A DNA stretch of 64,000 nucleotides, taken from NCBI GenBank assembly GCA_963775645.1, contig CAVZJR010000001.1, positions 169,956 to 233,955 on the forward strand, given 5' to 3'. The translations under genes were made by a program, and so were the position numbers. The notes below the pieces were generated by a model, which did no database searches, was not told the origin of the DNA, and was given only the letters and a program-made list of their open reading frames with translations. Positions within the stretch are counted from its first letter, which is position 1; each line of letters opens with the position of its first letter. Source of the DNA: an uncultured Solirubrobacterales bacterium (GTDB lineage: Bacteria; Actinomycetota; Thermoleophilia; Solirubrobacterales; Solirubrobacteraceae). Positions 1 through 10,519 of the stretch are shown here, in pieces.

Positions 1-11
1 TGGTCTGTCTC

Positions 12-1235
12 TTGCCTTTGCTGTTCGACACCACGGTCCTTCTCTTCGACCGCTTCCAAAACCGGTTCCTGGATGGCCCCGCGACAGTTTTGGCTGTCAC
101 CGAGCTGCGAAATCCACGGACACGCATTCGCTCGCTCGCCGTCGCGCTGACTGGTGCGATCGCCGTGTTCGGAACGGTGGCCATCGGCGGAGCGCAGGTC
201 AACCTTCAACACGGTCTACAGGCTTCCGCGGGAGACATCGACTCGGGCGCCCAGGTCTGGATCAGCCCACGCAGCCAGACCAGCTTGCTGACCACAACCC
301 CCTTCCAAAGCGTCGACGCAGGCGCTATTTCGCGCTCGGCGGGCGTGGCAGCGGTCGGCGCCTATCGTGGAAGCTTTCTCGATTGGGGAGATCGCAGACT
401 ATGGATCTTGGCGCCACCCATCAACACCAGACAAGCGATTCCACCGAGTCAACTGGTCGATGAGAACGTCGCGATCGCCAACGCTCGGGTACGGGCAGGT
501 GGCTGGGCAATCCTCTCTCAAGCGCTTGCGGCCGAACACCATCTACACGTGGGAAGCCGGTTTACGCTCCCCGCTCCGATTCCCATGCCCTTGCGGGTTG
601 CGGCGCTCAGCACCAACCTGGGATGGCCACCGGGCGCGATCATCATCAACTCCCGGGACTATGCGAACGCCTGGGGAAGCGACGAACCGAGCGCTTATGA
701 GATCCAACCCAAGCCGGGAGTCTCAACGGCAGCCCTTCAGCACACGCTGGCGCAAATAGTCAAGCCTCAGACAGGACTCGCCGTCGAAACTGTGACCGAA
801 CGCCAGCATCGTCATTACGCACTGATCGATCAAGGTCTCGCACGACTCACCCAGATCAAGCTTCTTGTCCTGATTGCCGGTGCGCTTGCCATCGCGGGCG
901 CGATGGGCTCGATGATTTGGCAGCGCCGCGACCTGATCGCCTTCATGAAGGTCGACGGTTATCGCCGCGGCGTTCTCTGGCGGTGGCTTTTGTGCGAGAG
1001 CGTGATCATGCTCATCGCCGGCTGCTTGACGGGCGCCCTGTTCGGTCTATATGGCCAGCTACTGATAAGCCACGCGCTTGCAACCGTGACCGGCCTTCCA
1101 ATCGCTCTGGGAGCCGAAACTGTGATCGCGCTTTCGAGCGTCCTCTTGGTAAGCGCGATCGTGACCGCGATCATCGCGATGCCGGGCTACCTCGTGGTTC
1201 GTGTGCCCGCCAGCACGGTCAGCCCCGCCTACTGA
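12..1235 (+). CDS. FtsX/MacB-type ABC transporter permease (5'-truncated by window edge)
   Basis: C-terminal TM bundle; clear paralog of 5629..8145 (shared LSTNLGWPPGA, PSAYEI and WQRR motifs). Confidence 0.85.
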   Translation: MPLLFDTTVLLFDRFQNRFLDGPATVLAVTELRNPRTRIRSLAVALTGAIAVFGTVAIGGAQVNLQHGLQASAGDIDSGAQVWISPRSQTSLLTTTPFQSVDAGAISRSAGVAAVGAYRGSFLDWGDRRLWILAPPINTRQAIPPSQLVDENVAIANARVRAGGWAILSQALAAEHHLHVGSRFTLPAPIPMPLRVAALSTNLGWPPGAIIINSRDYANAWGSDEPSAYEIQPKPGVSTAALQHTLAQIVKPQTGLAVETVTERQHRHYALIDQGLARLTQIKLLVLIAGALAIAGAMGSMIWQRRDLIAFMKVDGYRRGVLWRWLLCESVIMLIAGCLTGALFGLYGQLLISHALATVTGLPIALGAETVIALSSVLLVSAIVTAIIAMPGYLVVRVPASTVSPAY

Positions 1236-2349
1236 CCAGCACCTGGGCACCGCAGTTGGCACCCTTGACCCCGCGCCAATCTCGATCCGGCAGCTGGCTA
1301 GTCTGGCCTCGTGCGCGACACGCGAGGTTCTCTGGGGTCTGCGCTACACGGCGCACGAGCTCGGTCTTTGGCGTAGCCGAGCGAAACTGATCCCCGATAG
1401 GACCATCCGCGAAGACGCGCTGAGCGCACTCGCCCGCAAGCGCGGCAACACCGACGGCGCCGCGCTGTTCTGGATCATCCCCCACTTTCGCAATCCAGCG
1501 CTGCTCAGGCTTCTGGTCACCTACCAAATCATGTGGGACTTCCTTGACACGGTGAGTGAGACGGGCGCAAGCGCGGGTCAGGCAAACGGCAGACAACTTC
1601 ATCTTGCCCTGGTTGATTCCGTCGATAGCGGACGACCCCTCTCTGACTACTATCGCCTGCACCCTTGGAGCGACGACAGCGGTTACTTGCGATCGCTCGT
1701 CGAGACATGCCGCGCGTTCTCCACCGAATTGCCTTCCTTTGAGTCCGTGCGCCCGCTCCTGATTCGTGAGGCCGACCGGGCGAATATCCAAGCCGTCAAC
1801 CACGATCTCGACCCCGTGCGAAGAGAGAATGCGCTGAGAGCGTGGGTGGCGCGCGAGTACGATCGCGGCGATGTGCAGTGGTTCGAGCTCGCGGCCGCAG
1901 CCGGCGCCGGCCTCTCGATCTATGCCTTGTTCGCACTCGCAGCGCAACCACGCTGTCGCGAGCCCGAGATTTGCAGCGTCTACAACGCCTACTTTCCGTG
2001 GGCCTCAGCGGTGGCAACGATGCTCGACAGCTACGTCGATCAAGTCGAAGACACCGCCAACGGAGATCACGTATACCTAGAGCACTATCGATCCCCCGCA
2101 TCGGCTGAGGCGTCGATGAGCAGGCTGATCCAACGAAGCCTGCACGAGGCGGGAGCGCTCAGCGATGGCGAGCGGCATGTTTTGCTCGTCGCCTGCATGG
2201 TGGCCATGTATCTCTCGAAGGACAGCGCCCGTCTGCCGGACAGTCGGGCGAGAACACGCACGCTCGTTCGGGCGGGCGGCTCGATGACGAGGATCCTGCT
2301 ACCGATCCTGCGCCTGTGGCGGGCGATTTATTCCCAGCGCTTCAATTGA
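1201..2349 (+). CDS. Tetraprenyl-beta-curcumene synthase-like terpene cyclase (DUF2600/YtpB family)
   Basis: Motifs YQIMWDFLDTVSE, AYFPW and MLDSYVDQVED resemble YtpB/DUF2600; start codon uncertain. Confidence 0.8.
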   Translation: MCPPARSAPPTDQHLGTAVGTLDPAPISIRQLASLASCATREVLWGLRYTAHELGLWRSRAKLIPDRTIREDALSALARKRGNTDGAALFWIIPHFRNPALLRLLVTYQIMWDFLDTVSETGASAGQANGRQLHLALVDSVDSGRPLSDYYRLHPWSDDSGYLRSLVETCRAFSTELPSFESVRPLLIREADRANIQAVNHDLDPVRRENALRAWVAREYDRGDVQWFELAAAAGAGLSIYALFALAAQPRCREPEICSVYNAYFPWASAVATMLDSYVDQVEDTANGDHVYLEHYRSPASAEASMSRLIQRSLHEAGALSDGERHVLLVACMVAMYLSKDSARLPDSRARTRTLVRAGGSMTRILLPILRLWRAIYSQRFN

Positions 2350-2538
2350 AGTTTCGGCTTGTCTTCGCTCGAGACCTTTCCAAGACGAACGATTCTTTTC
2401 CAACAAGAAGCGAATCCTTTACAACCACTCGACATCGGCCCACGATTAGTGGCGATGTACCGCAATGAGATACGGCCCAAGCGCTGCCTTAGATGACACG
2501 CAGCCGGCAGCCCCATACAGCGAAGGGACTACGCGCGC

Positions 2539-3330
2539 ATGGCTGATCATCCTGTTCGGCGTATCAGGCTTGCTCCCGAGCCCCAGTTCTCGCGCTCCCT
2601 GGAATACGGGTTGGCGCTCTTGGAATGCTTCACCGCAGAGCATCCGGCGCAACAGATCAGCGACCTCGCAGACATCCTCGAGTTGAGCCGCTCCACCACA
2701 CACCGCTACGCCCAAACACTACTCGCCCTAGAGCACCTGGAGCAAGACCCCAAACGACGCTACCGCCTCGCACACCAAGCAGCAGAACCGGGTATCAGCG
2801 CAATACAAACACTACGCGCAGAGACACCCAAGGCCACAGCAATCCTTGAGGAGCTGCGCGCCCAAACAGGACACACCGTAAGCATGGCCACCATCAACGG
2901 CACCCACGCCCTCTATACCCACCGGCTACACGCACACGGCCCCGGCCAATACGCGGCAGACCTCGACCACGGCACAGGCGCACACATACCCCTACACGCC
3001 ACCGCCATCGGCAAGGCACTACTCGCAAGCCTCTCCCAAACAGAACAAAAAGCCCTCATCGCCCTACTCACACTCGAACAAGAAGGACCCAACACCATCA
3101 AAACCAAGAAACACCTCGTCGAAGAGCTCAACGAAATACGCACCACAGGAATCGCCACCTGCAACCAAGAGCAAGCCTGGGGAATCAGATCAATCGCCAC
3201 ACACATACCCCAACCAGGACGCTCAAGACCACTAGCAATCAGCATCACCACACCAGCCACCCAACACACCACCCACACACTCACAAACACCTACACCACA
3301 CCACTCACACACGCAGCACAACACATCTAA
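2539..3330 (+). CDS. IclR family transcriptional regulator (copy 1)
   Basis: HTH (SLEYGLALLE..LSRSTTHRY) and IclR effector domain (PLHATAIGKALLA, GIRSIA). Confidence 0.9.
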   Translation: MADHPVRRIRLAPEPQFSRSLEYGLALLECFTAEHPAQQISDLADILELSRSTTHRYAQTLLALEHLEQDPKRRYRLAHQAAEPGISAIQTLRAETPKATAILEELRAQTGHTVSMATINGTHALYTHRLHAHGPGQYAADLDHGTGAHIPLHATAIGKALLASLSQTEQKALIALLTLEQEGPNTIKTKKHLVEELNEIRTTGIATCNQEQAWGIRSIATHIPQPGRSRPLAISITTPATQHTTHTLTNTYTTPLTHAAQHI

Positions 3331-3546
3331 ACCTTAAACCCGCCAAGACTTTGAGTCGATGCCCACCCTCGACAAGAAATCACCAGGCCCTGCTCGACGC
3401 CGTCGATGGTGTGATCATCGCTCCGCTCGCACGGCTCCGGCTCGCGGGCTGAGATCCTCACCGACCCGACCTTTGGCAATAGTCAGCATGCGTCCGATCC
3501 ACCGGAATTCAGCAGAGACACCCCGTTTTCAATACGATTCCACATT

Positions 3547-4176
3547 ATGACACGTGCGTATCGAGGGTCCGATGGGTTTGGGCGTGAGCTGATCCTGGGC
3601 CTGCTGACCGAGGAGCCCGCCAACTGCTACCAACTCGACCGACGTCTGGCGGAGCGTTTCGGCTCGGCCGGCTATACCCAGGGGACAGCCAGACAAGCGA
3701 TCAAGCGCCTCGTGGACGACGGACTGGCTCATGCCCGCGGTGGCGCCTCGCGCGCGGCATCCGGGGATGGCCTGCGCGCACGAGTTACCGTCTATGAGCC
3801 GACGCCCGCCGGCATCGAGCGCTTCGAAGAATGGATGTGGGCAGCTGTCTTCACTCCACCTGTGCGCGAGGAGCTGCACGCCAAGATCGCTTTGTGCCAG
3901 CCGCCCGATCTGCCACGCATGGTCTGCATCGTTCGCGAGGCCGAGAGTGTCTGCGCCGGGAAACTGCAAAGCCTGAACCTGCGGGTGCGCTCTCATCGTC
4001 AAGAGCTTGACGAGGAGGACTTCCGGGCACGCATGGATTTGGTCGTGAGCACCGGCGATCAGGCCTGGTGGGATAGCCGGATCAAGTGGCTGCAGCGAGT
4101 TCGCATCTACTTGGAAAACGAGTGCACGCGCTACGCGGCACAGCCGCGTACGCGGATGGCGGTCCGGCGGATCTGA
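3547..4176 (+). CDS. PadR-like winged-helix regulator
   Basis: LILGLLTEEPANCYQL...VYEPTPAGIERFEEW with helical C-terminus. Confidence 0.75.
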   Translation: MTRAYRGSDGFGRELILGLLTEEPANCYQLDRRLAERFGSAGYTQGTARQAIKRLVDDGLAHARGGASRAASGDGLRARVTVYEPTPAGIERFEEWMWAAVFTPPVREELHAKIALCQPPDLPRMVCIVREAESVCAGKLQSLNLRVRSHRQELDEEDFRARMDLVVSTGDQAWWDSRIKWLQRVRIYLENECTRYAAQPRTRMAVRRI

Positions 4177-4178
4177 CG

Positions 4179-4913
4179 ATGGACCCGCTGCTCGCCCTGT
4201 GCAGCGTCTCTTTGAGCTTCCCGCGCGGGCGTCGCCATGCGGTAGTTGTCCTGACCGACGTATCGCTCGATGTCGAGGCCGGTGAGCTGGTGGCAGTACT
4301 TGCTCAGCGCGCCCAAGGCAAGACCACCCTTCTTCGTGTAGCTGCCGGCATGGACCGGCCCGCCCGCGGTCAGGTGCTCTTCAAAGGTCAGGATCTCTAC
4401 GCACTCTCCGACAAACGTCGCTCAGGTCTGCTGGGCCACAAGATCGGCTTCGCCGAGCCCCTCGGGCCCGATATCGACCTACCGACGATCTCACATGTGG
4501 CGTTGCCTTTGCTCGCGACTCACACCAAGCGGGATGCCTATCGTCAGGCGCGCGACGCTTTGAAGCGCGTCGGCGCCGCGGAGTGCGCCGAGCAGTCGTG
4601 GAGCAACCTGGCCGACTCCGAGCGTGCCCTGGCGGCAATCGCTCAAGCGATAGTGCGCAAGCCCGAACTGCTGCTGGTTGACGACCTCACGGCGACTCTT
4701 GGCATCGGGGCGACCGAGAGCATCGGTCGACTGTTGCGCTCCGTCGCCCACGAGGACGGCTTGGCCGTACTTATGAGTGTCTCCGACGCCGACGCCAGTA
4801 CCTGGTTTGACAGAGTCGCCTCACTCTCGGGCGGCGAGCTGCTGCTGTCTCCCCCGAGTCCCGAGGAGAACGTGATCGACTTCCCCGGCAGCCCTTCCCG
4901 GCGTGCACTTTGA
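4179..4913 (+). CDS. ABC ATP-binding protein with degenerate motifs
   Basis: LolD-like sequence; Walker A AQRAQGKTT, Walker B LLLVDD, signature replaced by LADSE; ATG 4179 just after padR stop. Confidence 0.75.
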   Translation: MDPLLALCSVSLSFPRGRRHAVVVLTDVSLDVEAGELVAVLAQRAQGKTTLLRVAAGMDRPARGQVLFKGQDLYALSDKRRSGLLGHKIGFAEPLGPDIDLPTISHVALPLLATHTKRDAYRQARDALKRVGAAECAEQSWSNLADSERALAAIAQAIVRKPELLLVDDLTATLGIGATESIGRLLRSVAHEDGLAVLMSVSDADASTWFDRVASLSGGELLLSPPSPEENVIDFPGSPSRRAL

Positions 4914-5632
4914 TGCTCGAGATAAGCGACCTGGTGAAGCATTACCACGTCGGCGATGGCGAGCCGATCCGTGCCGTGGATGGTCTGTCACTCTCGATCG
5001 CTCCCGGCGAGCTTGTCGCGTTGTACGGGCCCAGCGGATCGGGCAAGACCACCCTGTTGATGCTAATCGCCGCGTTGCTGCAGCCGGACGCGGGGAAGGT
5101 GATTGTCAACGGTCGCGATCTCGCGTCACTCTCAGACGCCGAGCAGTCCAAGTACCGCCTGCGTGAATTGGGCCTGATCGACCAAACGGTCGACCTTCTG
5201 CCAGGCGGCACAGTCCTGCAAAACGCCGCCCTGAAGCTATGGATGCTCGAAAACACACGTCTTGCCGAACGGCACGTGCGACCGCTGCTCGAGCGCTTGG
5301 GCATGGGCGAGCGTCTGCGCCACCGCGTGGATCAGCTTTCGGTCGGAGAGCGTCAGCGAGTGATGATCGCCCGTGCCCTCTCCACTCGCCCCATGCTCCT
5401 ATTGGCAGACGAGCCCACCGGTAACCTCGACACGCGCCGCGGCCGCGAAGTCCTGGAGCTACTGAGCCAGACCTGCCGCGAGCGCGGAACGGCGGTGCTC
5501 TTGGTCACGCACGACCCTCAGGCGACCGCGTTTGCCGATCGTGTGCTGGCGTTGCACGACGGTCATCTCACCATCCTCGAGCAGGAAGACTTCTTCCCCG
5601 ATCCACACGAGGGCGAGGTCGTCGGCTCGTGA
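4910..5632 (+). CDS. ABC ATP-binding protein (LolD/MacB-like)
   Basis: GPSGSGKTT, LSVGERQR, LLLADEPTGNLD, VTHD. Confidence 0.92.
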   Translation: MMLEISDLVKHYHVGDGEPIRAVDGLSLSIAPGELVALYGPSGSGKTTLLMLIAALLQPDAGKVIVNGRDLASLSDAEQSKYRLRELGLIDQTVDLLPGGTVLQNAALKLWMLENTRLAERHVRPLLERLGMGERLRHRVDQLSVGERQRVMIARALSTRPMLLLADEPTGNLDTRRGREVLELLSQTCRERGTAVLLVTHDPQATAFADRVLALHDGHLTILEQEDFFPDPHEGEVVGS

Positions 5633-8145
5633 GAAGACTCGCGAACCTCGCCCATTTGTATCTGGTGCGCCTCAAAGCGCGTGCAGTACTGGTACAAGAG
5701 CTGTTCGCGGTCCTCGGCATCGCGGTGGGTGTGGCGCTCCTGTTTGCCTCCCAGGTCGCGAGCACGAGCCTTAACGGTTCGGTCGCGCAGTTGACCGGTA
5801 GCGTGATTGGCAAGGCCACCCTGCAGCTGGAGGCACGCGATTCGCGCGGCTTCAGCGAACGCCTGCTCGCACAGGTTCAGCACACTCGCGGTGTGCTGAC
5901 CGCGACGCCCGTGCTCGAGCAGCGCGTCGGGCTGATCGGCCCCAAGGGCAGTGAGAACGTTGACTTGATCGGCGCCGAAGCCCACATGGTGCGTTTGGCG
6001 AGTCCTCTGCTATTCCCCTTTGGCGCAAGTCCGCTGGCCCACCAGGAAGCTTTGGCTTTGCCGGTCTCAGTCGCTGCCGCCACTGGCGCCAGTCCGCTTG
6101 AAACGGTTCGCCTGCAGATCGGCGCCAAGCTCAACACGAGTCTGGTCGCCACCGAACTGAATGCTGACCAAGTTGGCGCCCTGGCCACTAGCCCGCTGGC
6201 GATCGCACCGCTCCCCTACGCCCAGAAGCTAACCGGTATGCGCGGCAGGATCACTCGCATCCTGGTCCGATCCCGAGCAGGCTCCGATCAGCGAGTCAAG
6301 GCAGCCCTGCTGGGGATCGCGGCTGGACATGAGAACGTCGAGCCGGCGAACTTTGACTCGACCGTCTTTAACCAGGCAGCGGGTCCGATCAATCAATCCA
6401 CCAGTGCCTTCGCGGCAATTTGCGCCTTGGTCGGATTCATGTTCGCCTACAGCTCGATGCTCTTGACTGTACATCTGCGCCGAGGCTTTGTCCGGGAACT
6501 GCGTCGCAACGGCGCAACAAGGTCGTATACGGTGCAAGCGCTCCTGCTCGATGCTCTGGTCCTCGGCGTCTTGGCTTCCCTACTCGGCCTAGCCTTGGGC
6601 GAGCTGCTGTCGGTGACCGTGTTTCGCGCCAACACCGGCTACCTCTCCTTCGGCTTCCCTGTCGGCTCCCGCCGGATCGTTACCTGGGAGAGTGTTCTCG
6701 TCGCGGTTTGCGGTGGGCTGCTTGCCGCCTCGATCGGTGTACTCACCCCGCTGCGCGATATTTGGGCACGTGCGCCCCGCGAGGAGTCCACGCGAATGCG
6801 CGAAACACGACTGGCGTGGACGCTCGCAACCACCCTGACTGGCTTCGCCTGCATCGCTGCCGCCACCGTCGTCTTGATTGCGGCCCCTCAGTCGGCAGTG
6901 CTCGGCATCTCGCTGCTGATTGTTGCCCTCGTCTGTCTGCTGCCACCTTTGCTCGACGGTTTCCTGGCCATCGTCGATCGCCTACCTGAGGCGATCTTTG
7001 CCGGGGCAAACCGTCTCGCGGTCATCCAGTTGCGCGAGCGAGGTAGCCGCGCTCGCTCGCTTGCAATCGCTGCAACCGGAGCAATCGCCGTGTTCGCCAG
7101 CGTCACGATCCAAGGATCGCATCGAGACCTGCAGAGCGGCCTTGACAGGCTCTTTCACGAAGTCACGAACGCCAGCTCGCTGTGGGTGTTGCCGTTCGGA
7201 TCTCAGAACCTGCTCGCCACCAATGAGTTTCACACGACTGTCCTGCCCAAGCTGGATCGACTGCCCGGTGTGCGTTCAGTTGGGCTGTATCGTGCAAGCC
7301 TGCTCGAATACGGCGATCGACGCGTGTGGGTGCTCGCACCACCCGGGACCATCCAGGCGCCCGTACCGGCTGAGCAGCTGGTCTCAGGCGACCCGACAAA
7401 GAGCGATGCCGAGCTGCGCCACGGTGGCTGGGCGGTGGTGTCCCAGGCACTTGCCGCCCAGAACCACCTGCAGATCGGACAGTCCTTCACGCTGCCTTCG
7501 CCGCAACCGGTCGCGCTGAAGGTCGCGGCGTTGAGCACGAATCTAGGATGGCCGCCGGGGGCGGTGATCCTCAACGGCCGGGATTACGCTCGTGCCTGGG
7601 GCAGCACCGATCCGAGCGCCTATGAGATCGCGCTCACGCATGGATACTCAGCCCAGGATGTCCGCAGCGAGATCCAGGGCGTCCTCGGCCCGCATAGCGG
7701 CTTGACGGTGGAAAGCGCCCAGCAGCGCGATGAACTGCAACGGGTCGCCTCACGCCAAGGCCTGGGACGCCTCAGCCAGATATCGACGCTGGTGCTCCTG
7801 GCGGGGCTGCTCGCCACGGTAACGGCGATGGGCGCGATGATCTGGCAGCGCCGTCGCAGGTTCGCGCGATTGAAGGTGCAGGGCTATGTGACTGGAGTGC
7901 TGTGGGCCGCCTTGATCTGCGAGTCGGCGTCACTACTGCTTGTGGGCTGCCTGCTGGGAGCGGTACTCGGGATCTATGGACAGCTCTTGCTCAGCCACGC
8001 CCTGCTCTCAGTCACCGGGATGCCGGTCATCTTCTCCTCACAAGCGGCGCTTGCAATCGGCAGCTTCGCCCTCGTCAGCGTGGCCGGAGCGATCATCGTC
8101 GCAATACCAGGCCATCGGGTCGCAAGCGTGGCGCCACACCCTTAG
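5629..8145 (+). CDS. FtsX/MacB-type ABC permease, 838 aa
   Basis: Two extracytoplasmic/TM repeats; translationally coupled to the ATPase. Confidence 0.88.
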   Translation: MRRLANLAHLYLVRLKARAVLVQELFAVLGIAVGVALLFASQVASTSLNGSVAQLTGSVIGKATLQLEARDSRGFSERLLAQVQHTRGVLTATPVLEQRVGLIGPKGSENVDLIGAEAHMVRLASPLLFPFGASPLAHQEALALPVSVAAATGASPLETVRLQIGAKLNTSLVATELNADQVGALATSPLAIAPLPYAQKLTGMRGRITRILVRSRAGSDQRVKAALLGIAAGHENVEPANFDSTVFNQAAGPINQSTSAFAAICALVGFMFAYSSMLLTVHLRRGFVRELRRNGATRSYTVQALLLDALVLGVLASLLGLALGELLSVTVFRANTGYLSFGFPVGSRRIVTWESVLVAVCGGLLAASIGVLTPLRDIWARAPREESTRMRETRLAWTLATTLTGFACIAAATVVLIAAPQSAVLGISLLIVALVCLLPPLLDGFLAIVDRLPEAIFAGANRLAVIQLRERGSRARSLAIAATGAIAVFASVTIQGSHRDLQSGLDRLFHEVTNASSLWVLPFGSQNLLATNEFHTTVLPKLDRLPGVRSVGLYRASLLEYGDRRVWVLAPPGTIQAPVPAEQLVSGDPTKSDAELRHGGWAVVSQALAAQNHLQIGQSFTLPSPQPVALKVAALSTNLGWPPGAVILNGRDYARAWGSTDPSAYEIALTHGYSAQDVRSEIQGVLGPHSGLTVESAQQRDELQRVASRQGLGRLSQISTLVLLAGLLATVTAMGAMIWQRRRRFARLKVQGYVTGVLWAALICESASLLLVGCLLGAVLGIYGQLLLSHALLSVTGMPVIFSSQAALAIGSFALVSVAGAIIVAIPGHRVASVAPHP

Positions 8146-8312
8146 ACCGCCACGGACCCTGAAAGCCGTGGCCGCTTACCGGCAGCCGGCTAGACAGTCG
8201 CACCCACGACTCGCCCCTCCGTTCGGATCTTTGGATCTCGGTCGTATACGCTCGACCGATAAGGCTCAGCTCGACATCGCGATCCGGCCTCAAGCTCCCG
8301 CCCAAACTGCCG

Positions 8313-9581
8313 TTGCCCGCTCCGGCGCAGACGTTCCTTTTCTGGAGATCCCCCTTTTTTTACCTACAGCACTGTCGCGATCGGTATGGGCCGACGTTCA
8401 CTTTGAACGCGACCAGTCAAGCCCCGCTCGTTTTCCTCAGCGATCCCGACGACATCCGCTCGACGATGGCCGCATCGGAGGATGCACTGCGCCCTGGCGA
8501 AGGCGGCGGCGCAGTGGAGCCAATCGTGGGAGCGCGATCGTTCATGCTCTCCGACGGCCCGGAGCATCGCCTGGGACGCAAGACAACGCTCTCGGCTTTT
8601 CACTCAACCGCGATCAAAAGTCACGTCGATACGATCGTCGAGCTTGTGGGGCGCGCCATGGCAGGCTGGCCAACAGACACTGAACTGGCCCTCCACCCAC
8701 TCCTGAGATCGCTGACGCTGGAGCTAATCTTGCGCACCCTCGTCGGTAGCTACGAAAGCCCTTACGGCGATCAAGCGCTCGCTCTACACCGTCTGGTTCT
8801 CGACATGCTGGAAGTGACCGCCAGTCCAGTCTTCATCGAGCCTCACCTTCGCCACGGACCAGGGAGGCGAACTTGGCAGAGCTTCCTGCGCTACCGCGCG
8901 GAGGTCGACCGGCTGCTCTACAAGCTCATAGAAGAGAATAGAGAAGCGTCGAAAGGTCTGATAGGCACCCTGTCCTCCCTGAGCAACCCCGACGGATCGC
9001 CGCCTTCCAACAGACAGGTGCGCGACAACGTCATGTCCTTGATCCTCGCCGGCCACGAGACGACCGCCGCACAGCTTGCCTGGGCCTTTCAACTGCTTGC
9101 CCACAATCCTGCGGTATGCGAACGCCTACACGAGGAGATCGATAAAGGTAAGGGCGAGACATACCTGACCGCCACAATCCAAGAGGTGCTGCGCCACCGC
9201 TGTGTGTTCGTATTCGCGATCCCTCGCGCAATCGTCCAACCTGTGAATATCGGTCGCTACTTGCACGGCCCTCCAGTGCACCTACTCGCTTGCATCTACC
9301 TGTTGCACCATGACCCGGCTATCTATCGGGATCCCCAAGCTTTTCGCCCGGAGCGGTTCCTCTCAACCCCGCCCGATCCTCGTAGCTGGATCCCCTGGGG
9401 CGGCGGCCGCAAGCGCTGCCCGGGTCTGCACCTAGCAATGCTCGAGATGAAGACCGTCCTGCGCACAGTGCTCGTGAGCAGAACGGTGCACACCACCGCC
9501 AAGCGCATCGAGCGTCCGCGCTGGCGTAGCGTGATCGTTGCACCCCACGCAGGCTCCAGAGTAATCCTGAAGCCACGTTGA
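8313..9581 (+). CDS. Cytochrome P450
   Basis: AGHETT, EVLR (ExxR), PERF, heme motif WGGGRKRCPG. Confidence 0.93.
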   Translation: MPAPAQTFLFWRSPFFYLQHCRDRYGPTFTLNATSQAPLVFLSDPDDIRSTMAASEDALRPGEGGGAVEPIVGARSFMLSDGPEHRLGRKTTLSAFHSTAIKSHVDTIVELVGRAMAGWPTDTELALHPLLRSLTLELILRTLVGSYESPYGDQALALHRLVLDMLEVTASPVFIEPHLRHGPGRRTWQSFLRYRAEVDRLLYKLIEENREASKGLIGTLSSLSNPDGSPPSNRQVRDNVMSLILAGHETTAAQLAWAFQLLAHNPAVCERLHEEIDKGKGETYLTATIQEVLRHRCVFVFAIPRAIVQPVNIGRYLHGPPVHLLACIYLLHHDPAIYRDPQAFRPERFLSTPPDPRSWIPWGGGRKRCPGLHLAMLEMKTVLRTVLVSRTVHTTAKRIERPRWRSVIVAPHAGSRVILKPR

Positions 9582-9703
9582 GCGCCGACGCCGGCATTTG
9601 CCGGAGCCGTCATTCGCTCGATCAGATTCAGTCGATCGGAATTCCAGGCTCAATAGGGACGCGTCCCTATTCAGAACTGAAGGCACACGTCATCGTGGCA
9701 GCT

Positions 9704-10510
9704 ATGAGGAAGCCAAACCAACTTGATCATCCTGTTCGGCGTATCAAGCCTACTCCTGAGCCCCAGTTCTCGCGCTCCCTGGAATACGGCCTGGCGCTCT
9801 TGGAATCCTTCACCGCAGAGCATCCCGCGCAACAGATCAGCGACCTCGCAGACATCCTCGAGTTGAGCCGCTCCACCACACACCGCTACGCCCAAACACT
9901 ACTCGCCCTAGAGCACCTGGAGCAAGACCCCAAACGACGCTACCGCCTCGCACACCAAGCAGCACAACCAGGCGTAAGCGCAATCGAAACACTACGCGCG
10001 GAGACACCCAAGGCCACAGCAACCCTTGAGGAGCTGCGCGCCCAAACAGGACACACCGTAAGCATGGCCACCATCAACGGCACCCACGCCCTCTATACCC
10101 ACCGCCTACACGCACACGGCCCCGGCCAATACGTGGCAGACCTCGACCACGGCACAGGCGCACACATACCCCTACACGCCACCGCCATCGGCAAGGCACT
10201 ACTCGCAAGCCTCTCCCAAACAGAACAAAAAGCCCTCATCGCCCTACTCACACTCGAACAAGAAGGACCCAACACCATCAAAACCAAGAAACACCTCGTC
10301 GAAGAGCTCAACGAAATACGCACCACAGGAATCGCCACCTGCAACCAAGAGCAAGCCTGGGGAATCAGATCAATCGCCACACACATACCCCAACCAGGAC
10401 GCTCAAGACCACTAGCAATCAGCATCACCACACCAGCCACCCAACACACCACCCACACACTCACAAACACCTACACCACACCACTCACACACGCAGCACA
10501 ACACATCTGA
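9704..10510 (+). CDS. IclR family regulator (copy 2)
   Basis: Near-identical to copy 1 from 9724 onward; ATG 9704 chosen within ORF 9578..10510. Confidence 0.88.
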   Translation: MRKPNQLDHPVRRIKPTPEPQFSRSLEYGLALLESFTAEHPAQQISDLADILELSRSTTHRYAQTLLALEHLEQDPKRRYRLAHQAAQPGVSAIETLRAETPKATATLEELRAQTGHTVSMATINGTHALYTHRLHAHGPGQYVADLDHGTGAHIPLHATAIGKALLASLSQTEQKALIALLTLEQEGPNTIKTKKHLVEELNEIRTTGIATCNQEQAWGIRSIATHIPQPGRSRPLAISITTPATQHTTHTLTNTYTTPLTHAAQHI

Positions 10511-10519
10511 AACTCGGCT

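Noticed and set aside
2458-2474. IclR operator gtaccgcaatgagatac
   Set aside because: Only a partial palindrome, and I did not find it upstream of copy 2.
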